Shown piece after piece: positions 30,601-42,600 of a stretch of DNA of 64,000 bases. Under the pieces are notes generated by a model. It saw only the letters and a list, made by a program, of their open reading frames with translations. It made no database searches and was not told the origin of the DNA. Source of the DNA: Diadema antillarum (lineage: Eukaryota); assembly GCF_040938485.1 (NCBI RefSeq), contig NW_027271384.1, positions 3,658,001 to 3,722,000 of the forward strand. The letters run 5' to 3'. The number at the start of each line of letters is the position of its first letter. Position 1 is the first letter of the stretch. Both the position numbers and the translations under genes were made by a program.

Positions 30601-33600
30601 CTCTTTCAAAACAGTACGGTGTTCATCACATACAAATTAACATGCTCTTTTACCATGCATGACTTGACTGGATCTGTACTCTAACAGCATAAAAAGAGAA
30701 CACAAGTACATTTCTACAAAAGAGAGATCACTGGCACTCACAAATGGAGTCCATACACACCTACCAAACACTATCAAAATCTCTTGCAATATTGTGCTTC
30801 TTCTAAATATGAGGTACGTTTCCCGTCTACCTTCAGTTTTTCTTCTCGGACAAGATGAGCGGTCGACCAAAGGCTTGAAATACACCGCTCAGTAAGGCTC
30901 ATCGCCGCCCCGCGTTCTCTATCTACTACTCAAATGACTTACCTCTGGTGCACTCTCCATTGCTGTAGGTGAAGCCGTCACGACAGTAGCAGTCTCTCAC
31001 ACCACCCTTGATCCTACACTCCTGGTTCTCCACGCACGCGTATGCCACACATTCCAAAGTGCCTCCAGAACAGCTGCACATCTCGGAGCAGTCATCGTTC
31101 ACGTACACATCTCCTGCCTGTTTGTGCCAAAAACCAATCATTTAGATTTGCTTTAGACCATGGTCTTCGTTTCAAGCCATTTGCATCTCCATTTGCTTTC
31201 AATCCACACGACAATAATCACAGTCTTCAACGTTTTATCAAACTTAAGCTCAAACTTTACCATCAAAGGAGGAAAGCCACACTCACCGAGATGTAGCTTC
31301 CGTCTGGAAGAGTGCAACCACAATCCTCCGGCTGCACGCATGTTCCACCGTCGTCCAGCAGTCCTTCAGGGCAGCTGCAGATTTCACGGCAGGGAAGTCC
31401 GCAGTTCAGGTCGGCATCTGGATCGGCACAGCTGGGCTGGCAGGCGCTACCGCAAGATTCGTACACTGTTCCAGTCGGACACTCAAACCCTGAATAAAGA
31501 CAGTTTTTAGGCAAGGATATACCTTGAACAGCATTTACAACATACAAGAACATACAACAAATGAAATACCCATTCATCACCACGAAAGGTGTACATTACT
31601 TACACCAGATACGATCGGCATCACCCAAAACACAAAGCGCTCACACGAGGCACATCAAGTCAGTACTGTCGTGGACATCCACAGCTGTACAGATTTACAT
31701 TTTTCACACAAAATGCACTACCGTCATTCAGCATCCGCACTCTTCTTTCATGACTCCACAATATTTCACTTATTTCTTCCAAACTCACCGGTCGACTTTC
31801 GATGTCTTTCAAAGCCTGCTCACGGCACAGATGGTCATGTCAGACACTCTTGACACGCACTTTGTGATATCTGATCACATGGCCTCATATTTTGCACGTC
31901 TAGATTCTGATGATCAGCCAAAACAGCTTTCCACTATACAACAAAAGTGTCATGACACAAAAATACTTACCGCACTGGAATACAGATGCCCTCCAGTCCC
32001 CAACCAAGATTCCATTTGTTTCTCCTCGACACTTCTGAACGTATTCCTGCAGGGCTCCGCATATGACGTCGTTGTCAGGGTCAGTGAAACACAGGTCGAA
32101 GACGCAGGCATCATAGTAATCACTCACGTCCACAAAGTCGGAGCAGCCTCCAAGGGGACCTGAAAGCAAGAAACAGCTGCAAATATAAGCTCTTGGATAC
32201 TACACAAACAACAAACAAAGATAAACACACACAAAAAAGAAAACAGACTGAGAAATCCCACTGGACTTTTCTGATCGAGGCGATCAGAAATCATCAGACA
32301 AATCCTCAGATAGGATGTCCCATACTCTAGATGCTTACCACGCTCATTTTCTAACTTGTACTCTTTCAACGCTTCAATAGATTGCTTTAACTTTTTATAT
32401 ATCATATCGACTCCTTAACTCCCACACTATACGAGTACTGTACTGCGCCGCAGTAAAATTTAATCATCTCCATCTGCTCACCGTCTGGATTGATGAAGAT
32501 GTAGCAGATGTCCTCCACTCGTTGCCGCACGTCGGGGTCATCACAGCCATCAACCGGCGGGAGAGCAGTGGTATCGCACTCCTCTTCATTCAGAACCCAG
32601 TCATTACCAAAGACATTCTGGAACCGTGTCTGCAAACAGAACCACATTCGTTAACACAATAAATGTAGTCCCTTTTCATCATTTTCTTGGTACTAAGTTT
32701 TGGGTACGGATGGACGATCAGGTCACTGATACATCCATAACACTGATTACGTCAAAGTCCAGTCACATGCGGAACATGTCTCTTTCCTACAATCGGATAC
32801 CCTGATAGACAGGGTATTGAGAAAGGGAGTAAAAAGAGAGCAGAGTTCTACTTACGACACTTCCATCCTGGAGGCGGAAATCGTTGGATCTGTCGTCATC
32901 GAAGGTTCCGCACAGACCACAAGTAGCATTCCAGTACTGGTATGGCACCTCTATGGTTGCAGTGTTGGCTCCGTCGAAACGTACAGACAGACCAAAGGAT
33001 GTTTGGATGGTCTGTAATAACGATCAGATATCAGGTCCTCTTTACCCTTCCCTTCATATCATGCCTCTATGCTCAATTCTAAAACAATTACGTATCAAGC
33101 GAAAATCTTACATCTTGGCATCATACCTGCAACAAATTTCACTTGATATTTCATTCTTGTGTCTCCTTCAAATATCTGACAATGAAATTACTTGGACACT
33201 AACATAGATGTTAATACTAGTTACTCTTTTTTTTATTGTATAAATACTAGTGTGCACCTAATCGATCCATCCTCGTAACAGGATACACTTCGGACATTTT
33301 AAATGCCCATACCTCAAAATCTACACCAATTGATGTGTTGACCCACAATCTGGGAGGCTTTCAAGACTAACGAGTAAAGTAGCTTTCATTCCCTTACCGC
33401 GTAAGACTGGTCCGAGCGAATAGTGACGCCGTTGATGAAGCTCAAGGGTGTCGTCCTCCTTGCACCGTTGACTAGAACCACTCTATTCCGCTCGATCGAA
33501 TAGCTAGTGCCATTCACCTCCAGTACCACCTTGCGCAGGTACGACACTCGGTCCGATGGGTTGTTCTTGACGTTGTCTCCCCACAAGTGGAAATCCACAA

Positions 33601-36600
33601 GGTCCGTGCGATCGCTGCACGGCCTCACCAGCGTGTACTCACAGTCGCCCTGGAAGTCATGACGACCACCGTCGAACATAGTGTAGTGCGGATCTCCCCA
33701 CACGGTGCAGATTCCAGGCGCTGTTCAGAAAAGCAGTTGGAAGGTAATTAAAGCACTCTGAATAGTGGCAGCCAGAAGTCCTCACTTCTTCTCGCAACAA
33801 AATATACAATTAGCCGCCTACACTACAGATGTATGCCATCTGCCACAAGTAAGCTTAAGGGTTTTTTTCACCTCTCGCATTTATTGCAGACTTCCTTCTA
33901 TTTTGGTTTCCTCTTTCAAAACAGTACGGTGTTCATCACATACAAATTAACATGCTCTTTTACCATGCATGACTTGACTGGATCTGTACTCTAACAGCAT
34001 AAAAAGAGAACACAAGTACATTTCTACAAAAGAGAGATCACTGGCACTCACAAATGGAGTCCATACACACCTACCAAACACTATCAAAATCTCTTGCAAT
34101 ATTGTGCTTCTTCTAAATATGAGGTACGTTTCCCGTCTACCTTCAGTTTTTCTTCTCGGACAAGATGAGCGGTCGACCAAAGGCTTGAAATACACCGCTC
34201 AGTAAGGCTCATCGCCGCCCCGCGTTCTCTATCTACTACTCAAATGACTTACCTCTGGTGCACTCTCCATTGCTGTAGGTGAAGCCGTCACGACAGTAGC
34301 AGTCTCTCACACCACCCTTGATCCTACACTCCTGGTTCTCCACGCACGCGTATGCCACACATTCCAAAGTGCCTCCAGAACAGCTGCACATCTCGGAGCA
34401 GTCATCGTTCACGTACACATCTCCTGCCTGTTTATGCCAAAAACCAATCATTTAGATTTGCTTCAGACCATGGTCTTCGTTTCAAGCCATTTGCATCTCC
34501 ATTTGCTTTCAATCCACACGACAATAATCACAGTCTTCAACGTTTTATCAAACTTAAGCTCAAACTTTACCATCAAAGGAGGAAAGCCACACTCACCGAG
34601 ATGTAGCTTCCGTCTGGAAGAGTGCAACCACAATCCTCCGGCTGCACGCATGTTCCACCGTCGTCCAGCAGTCCTTCAGGGCAGCTGCAGATTTCACGGC
34701 AGGGAAGTCCGCAGTTCAGGTCGGCATCTGGATCGGCACAGCTGGGCTGGCAGGCGCTACCGCAAGATTCGTACACTGTTCCAGTCGGACACTCAAACCC
34801 TGAATAAAGACAGTTTTTAGGCAAGGATATACCTTGAACAGCATTTACAACATACAAGAACATACAACAAATGAAATACCCATTCATCACCACGAAAGCT
34901 GTACATTACTTACACCGGATACGATCGGCATCACCCAAAACACAAAGCGCTCACACGAGGCCCATCAAGTCAGTACTGTCGTGGACATCCACAGCTGTAC
35001 AGATTTACATTTTTCACACAAAATGCACTACCGTCATTCAGCATCCGCACTCTTCTTTCATGACTCCACAATATTTCACTTATTTCTTCCAAACTCACCG
35101 GTCGACTTTCGATGTCTTTCAAAGCCTGCTCACGGCACAGATGGTCATGTCAGACACTCTTGACACGCACTTTGTGATATCTGATCACATGGCTTCATAT
35201 TTTGCACGTCTAGATTCTGATGATCAGCCAAAACAGCTTTCCACTATACAACAAAAGTGTCATGACACAAAAATACTTACCGCACTGGAATACAGATGCC
35301 CTCCAGTCCCCAACCAAGATTCCATTTGTTTCTCCTCGACACTTCTGAACGTATTCCTGCAGGGCTCCGCATATGACGTCGTTGTCAGGGTCAGTGAAAC
35401 ACAGGTCGAAGACGCAGGCATCATAGTAATCACTCACGTCCACAAAGTCTGCGCAGCCTCCAAGGGGACCTGAAAGCAAGAAACAGCTGCAAATATAAGC
35501 TCTTGGATACTACACAAACAACAAACAAAGATAAACACACACAAAAAAGAAAACAGACTGAGAAATCCCACTGGACTTTTCTGATCGAGGCGATCAGAAA
35601 TCATCAGACAAATCCTCAGATAGGATGTCCCATACTCTAGATGCTTACCACGCTCATTTTCTAACTTGTACTCTTTCAACGCTTCAATAGATTGCTTTAA
35701 CTTTTTATATATCATATCGACTCCTTAACTCCCACACTATACGAGTACTGTACTGCGCCGCAGTAAAATTCAATCATCTCCATCTGCTCACCGTCTGGAT
35801 TGATGAAGATGTAGCAGATGTCCTCCACTCGTTGCCGCACGTCGGGGTCATCACAGCCATCAACCGGCGGGAGAACAGTGGTATCGCACTCCTCTTCATT
35901 CAGAACCCAGTCATTACCAAAGACATTCTGGAACCGTGTCTGCAAACAGAACCACATTCGTTAACACAATAAATGTAGTCCCTTTTCATCATTTTCTTGG
36001 TACTAAGTTTTGGGTACGGATGGACGATCAGGTCACTGATACATCCATAACACTGATTACGTCAAAGTCCAGTCACATGCGGAACATGTCTCTTTCCTAC
36101 AATCGGATACCCTGATAGACAGGGTATTGAGAAAGGGAGTAAAAAGAGAGCAGAGTTCTACTTACGACACTTCCATCCTGGAGGCGGAAATCGTTGGATC
36201 TGTCGTCATCGAAGGTTCCGCACAGACCACAAGTAGCATTCCAGTACTGGTATGGCACCTCTATGGTTGCAGTGTTGGCTCCGTCGAAACGTACAGACAG
36301 ACCAAAGGATGTTTGGATGGTCTGTAATAACGATCAGATATCAGGTCCTCTTTACCCTTCCCTTCATATCATGCCTCTATGCTCAATTCTAAAACAATTA
36401 CGTATCAAGCGAAAATCTTACATCTTGGCATCATACCTGCAACAAATTTCACTTGATATTTCATTCTTGTGTCTCCTTCAAATATCTGACAATGAAATTA
36501 CTTGGACACTAACATAGATGTTAATACTAGTTACTCTTTTTTTTATTGTATAAATACTAGTGTGCACCTAATCGATCCATCCTCGTAACAGGATACACTT

Positions 36601-39600
36601 CGGACATTTTAAATGCCCATACCTCAAAATCTACACCAATTGATGTGTTGACCCACAATCTGGGAGGCTTTCAAGACTAACGAGTAAAGTAGCTTTCATT
36701 CCCTTACCGCGTAAGACTGGTCCGAGCGAATAGTGACGCCGTTGATGAAGCTCAAGGGTGTCGTCCTCCTTGCACCGTTGACTAGAACCACTCTATTCCG
36801 CTCGATCGAATAGCTAGTGCCATTCACCTCCAGTACCACCTTGCGCAGGTACGACACTCGGTCCGATGGGTTGTTCTTGACGTTGTCTCCCCACAAGTGG
36901 AAATCCACAAGGTCCGTGCGATCGCTGCACGGCCTCACCAGCGTGTACTCACAGTCGCCCTGGAAATCATGACGACCACCGTCGAACATAGTGTAGTGCG
37001 GATCTCCCCACACGGTGCAGATTCCAGGCGCTGTTCAGAAAAGCAGTTGGAAGGTAATTAAAGCACTCTGAATAGTGGCAGCCAGAAGTCCTCACTTCTT
37101 CTCGCAACAAAATATACAATTAGCCGCCTACACTACAGATGTATGCCATCTGCCACAAGTAAGCTTAAGGGTTTTTTTCACCTCTCGCATTTATTGCAGA
37201 CTTCCTTCTATTTTGGTTTCCTCTTTCAAAACAGTACGGTGTTCATCACATACAAATTAACATGCTCTTTTACCATGCATGACTTGACTGGATCTGTACT
37301 CTAACAGCATAAAAAGAGAACACAAGTACATTTCTACAAAAGAGAGATCACTGGCACTCACAAATGGAGTCCATACACACCTACCAAACACTATCAAAAT
37401 CTCTTGCAATATTGTGCTTCTTCTAAATATGAGGTACGTTTCCCGTCTACCTTCAGTTTTTCTTCTCGGACAAGATGAGCGGTCGACCAAAGGCTTGAAA
37501 TACACCGCTCAGTAAGGCTCATCGCCGCCCCGCGTTCTCTATCTACTACTCAAATGACTTACCTCTGGTGCACTCTCCATTGCTGTAGGTGAAGCCGTCA
37601 CGACAGTAGCAGTCTCTCACACCACCCTTGATCCTACACTCCTGGTTCTCTACGCACGCGTATGCCACACATTCCAAAGTGCCTCCAGAACAGCTGCACA
37701 TTTCGGAGCAGTCATCGTTCACGTACACATCTCCTGCCTGTTTGTGCCAAAAACCAATCATTTAGATTTGCTTCAGACCATGGTCTTCGTTTCAAGCCAT
37801 TTGCATCTCCATTTGCTTTCAATCCACACGACAATAATCACAGTCTTCAACGTTTTATCAAACTTAAGCTCAAACTTTACCATCAAAGGAGGAAAGCCAC
37901 ACTCACCGAGATGTAGCTTCCGTCTGGAAGAGTGCAACCACAATCCTCCGGCTGCACGCATGTTCCACCGTCGTCCAGCAGTCCTTCAGGGCAGCTGCAG
38001 ATTTCACGGCAGGGAAGTCCGCAGTTCAGGTCGGCATCTGGATCGGCACAGCTGGGCTGGCAGGCGCTACCGCAAGATTCGTACACTGTTCCAGTCGGAC
38101 ACTCAAACCCTGAATAAAGACAGTTTTTAGGCAAGGATATACCTTGAACAGCATTTACAACATACAAGAACATACAACAAATGAAATACCCATTCATCAC
38201 CACGAAAGGTGTACATTACTTACACCAGATACGATCGGCATCACCCAAAACACAAAGCGCTCACACGAGGCACATCAAGTCAGTACTGCCGCGGACATCC
38301 ACAGCTGTACAGATTTACATTTTTCACACAAAATGCACTACCGTCATTCAGCATCCGCACTCTTCTTTCATGACTCCACAATATTTCACTTATTTCTTCC
38401 AAACTCACCGGTCGACTTTCGATGTCTTTCAAAGCCTGCTCACGGCACAGATGGTCATGTCAGACACTCTTGACACGCACTTTGTGATATCTGATTACAT
38501 GGCTTCATATTTTGCACGTCTAGATTCTGATGATCAGCCAAAACAGCTTTCCACTATACAACAAAAGTGTCATGACACAAAAATACTTACCGCACTGGAA
38601 TACAGATGCCCTCCAGTCCCCAACCAAGATTCCATTTGTTTCTCCTCGACACTTCTGAACGTATTCCTGCAGGGCTCCGCATATGACGTCGTTGTCAGGG
38701 TCAGTGAAACACAGGTCGAAGACGCAGGCATCATAGTAATCACTCACGTCCACAAAGTCTGCGCAGCCTCCAAGGGGACCTGAAAGCAAGAAACAGCTGC
38801 AAATATAAGCTCTTGGATACTACACAAACAACAAACAAAGATAAACACACACAAAAAAGAAAACAGACTGAGAAATCCCACTGGACTTTTCTGATCGAGG
38901 CGATCAGAAATCATCAGACAAATCCTCAGATAGGATGTCCCATACTCTAGATGCTTACCACGCTCATTTTCTAACTTGTACTCTTTCAACGCTTCAATAG
39001 ATTGCTTTAACTTTTTATATATCATATCGACTCCTTAACTCCCACACTATACGAGTACTGTACTGCGCCGCAGTAAAATTCAATCATCTCCATCTGCTCA
39101 CCGTCTGGATTGATGAAGATGTAGCAGATGTCCTCCACTCGTTGCCGCACGTCGGGGTCATCACAGCCATCAACCGGCGGGAGAACAGTGGTATCGCACT
39201 CCTCTTCATTCAGAACCCAGTCATTACCAAAGACATTCTGGAACCGTGTCTGCAAACAGAACCACATTCGTTAACACAATAAATGTAGTCCCTTTTCATC
39301 ATTTTCTTGGTACTAAGTTTTGGGTACGGATGGACGATCAGGTCACTGATACATCCATAACACTGATTACGTCAAAGTCCAGTCACATGCGGAACATGTC
39401 TCTTTCCTACAATCGGATACCCTGATAGACAGGGTATTGAGAAAGGGAGTAAAAAGAGAGCAGAGTTCTACTTACGACACTTCCATCCTGGAGGCGGAAA
39501 TCGTTGGATCTGTCGTCATCGAAGGTTCCGCACAGACCACAAGTAGCATTCCAGTACTGGTATGGCACCTCTATGGTTGCAGTGTTGGCTCCGTCGAAAC

Positions 39601-42600
39601 GTACAGACAGACCAAAGGATGTTTGGATGGTCTGTAATAACGATCAGATATCAGGTCCTCTTTACCCTTCCCTTCATATCATGCCTCTATGCTCAATTCT
39701 AAAACAATTACGTATCAAGCGAAAATCTTACATCTTGGCATCATACCTGCAACAAATTTCACTTGATATTTCATTCTTGTGTCTCCTTCAAATATCTGAC
39801 AATGAAATTACTTGGACACTAACATCGATGTTAATACTAGTTACTCTTTTTTTTATTGTATAAATACTAGTGTGCACCTAATCGATCCATCCTCGTAACA
39901 GGATACACTTCGGACATTTTAAATGCCCATACCTCAAAATCTACACCAATTGATGTGTTGACCCACAATCTGGGAGGCTTTCAAGACTAACGAGTAAAGT
40001 AGCTTTCATTCCCTTACCGCGTAAGACTGGTCCGAGCGAATAGTGACGCCGTTGATGAAGCTCAAGGGTGTCGTCCTCCTTGCACCGTTGACTAGAACCA
40101 CTCTATTCCGCTCGATCGAATAGCTAGTGCCATTCACCTCCAGTACCACCTTGCGCAGGTACGACACTCGGTCCGATGGGTTGTTCTTGACGTTGTCTCC
40201 CCACAAGTGGAAATCCACAAGGTCCGTGCGATCGCTGCACGGCCTCACCAGCGTGTACTCACAGTCGCCCTGGAAGTCATGACGACCACCGTCGAACATA
40301 GTGTAGTGCGGATCTCCCCACACGGTGCAGATTCCAGGCGCTGTTCAGAAAAGCAGTTGGAAGGTAATTAAAGCACTCTGAATAGTGGCAGCCAGAAGTC
40401 CTCACTTCTTCTCGCAACAAAATATACAATTAGCCGCCTACACTACAGATGTATGCCATCTGCCACAAGTAAGCTTAAGGGTTTTTTTCACCTCTCGCAT
40501 TTATTGCAGACTTCCTTCTATTTTGGTTTCCTCTTTCAAAACAGTACGGTGTTCATCACATACAAATTAACATGCTCTTTTACCATGCATGACTTGACTG
40601 GATCTGTACTCTAACAGCATAAAAAGAGAACACAAGTACATTTCTACAAAAGAGAGATCACTGGCACTCACAAATGGAGTCCATACACACCTACCAAACA
40701 CTATCAAAATCTCTTGCAATATTGTGCTTCTTCTAAATATGAGGTACGTTTCCCGTCTACCTTCAGTTTTTCTTCTCGGACAAGATGAGCGGTCGACCAA
40801 AGGCTTGAAATACACCGCTCAGTAAGGCTCATCGCCGCCCCGCGTTCTCTATCTACTACTCAAATGACTTACCTCTGGTGCACTCTCCATTGCTGTAGGT
40901 GAAGCCGTCACGACAGTAGCAGTCTCTCACACCACCCTTGATCCTACACTCCTGGTTCTCCACGCACGCGTATGCCACACATTCCAAAGTGCCTCCAGAA
41001 CAGCTGCACATCTCGGAGCAGTCATCGTTCACGTACACATCTCCTGCCTGTTTGTGCCAAAAACCAATCATTTAGATTTGCTTTAGACCATGGTCTTCGT
41101 TTCAAGCCATTTGCATCTCCATTTGCTTTCAATCCACACGACAATAATCACAGTCTTCAACGTTTTATCAAACTTAAGCTCAAACTTTACCATCAAAGGA
41201 GGAAAGCCACACTCACCGAGATGTAGCTTCCGTCTGGAAGAGTGCAACCACAATCCTCCGGCTGCACGCATGTTCCACCGTCGTCCAGCAGTCCTTCAGG
41301 GCAGCTGCAGATTTCACGGCAGGGAAGTCCGCAGTTCAGGTCGGCATCTGGATCGGCACAGCTGGGCTGGCAGGCGCTACCGCAAGATTCGTACACTGTT
41401 CCAGTCGGACACTCAAACCCTGAATAAAGACAGTTTTTAGGCAAGGATATACCTTGAACAGCATTTACAACATACAAGAACATACAACAAATGAAATACC
41501 CATTCATCACCACGAAAGCTGTACATTACTTACACCAGATACGATCGGCATCACCCAAAACACAAAGCGCTCACACGAGGCCCATCAAGTCAGTACTGTC
41601 GTGGACATCCACAGCTGTACAGATTTACATTTTTCACACAAAATGCACTACCGTCATTCAGCATCCGCACTCTTCTTTCATGACTCCACAATATTTCACT
41701 TATTTCTTCCAAACTCACCGGTCGACTTTCGATGTCTTTCAAAGCCTGCTCACGGCACAGATGGTCATGTCAGACACTCTTGACACGCACTTTGTGATAT
41801 CTGATCACATGGCTTCATATTTTGCACGTCTAGATTCTGATGATCAGCCAAAACAGCTTTCCACTATACAACAAAAGTGTCATGACACAAAAATACTTAC
41901 CGCACTGGAATACAGATGCCCTCCAGTCCCCAACCAAGATTCCATTTGTTTCTCCTCGACACTTCTGAACGTATTCCTGCAGGGCTCCGCATATGACGTC
42001 GTTGTCAGGGTCAGTGAAACACAGGTCGAAGACGCAGGCATCATAGTAATCACTCACGTCCACAAAGTCGGAGCAGCCTCCAAGGGGACCTGAAAGCAAG
42101 AAACAGCTGCAAATATAAGCTCTTGGATACTACACAAACAACAAACAAAGATAAACACACACAAAAAAGAAAACAGACTGAGAAATCCCACTGGACTTTT
42201 CTGATCGAGGCGATCAGAAATCATCAGACAAATCCTCAGATAGGATGTCCCATACTCTAGATGCTTACCACGCTCATTTTCTAACTTGTACTCTTTCAAC
42301 GCTTCAATAGATTGCTTTAACTTTTTATATATCATATCGACTCCTTAACTCCCACACTATACGAGTACTGTACTGCGCCGCAGTAAGGCGTGACAGATTT
42401 AATATAGCGAGCGTTCGGCCGCGTGGGGAATGCTCGCGTTCCTCCTTTTGTTAGGGGACGCCCCTATTCCTCCTGCGTGCAGAATGGGGGGTTTAATCCC
42501 TCTATTCATCAGCCTAATGAGGGCGTTCCTTGGACGCAACAGAACGGGCTTGCTCACAAGTCGCATTCATGGCGTTCCTCTCCGCTTTAGGAACGCAAGG

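Larger units (their letters stand above)
1..42386. repeat. L tandem array: ~12.8 copies of an exact 3310-bp unit
   Basis: All ORFs recur at exactly +3310 (286, 3596, ... 40006). No indels; only a few dozen SNP sites in total. Confidence 0.98.

Noticed and set aside
1-42386. CRISPR-like or satellite non-coding array
   Set aside because: Units are 3.3 kb, have no spacer diversity and contain spliced coding exons.
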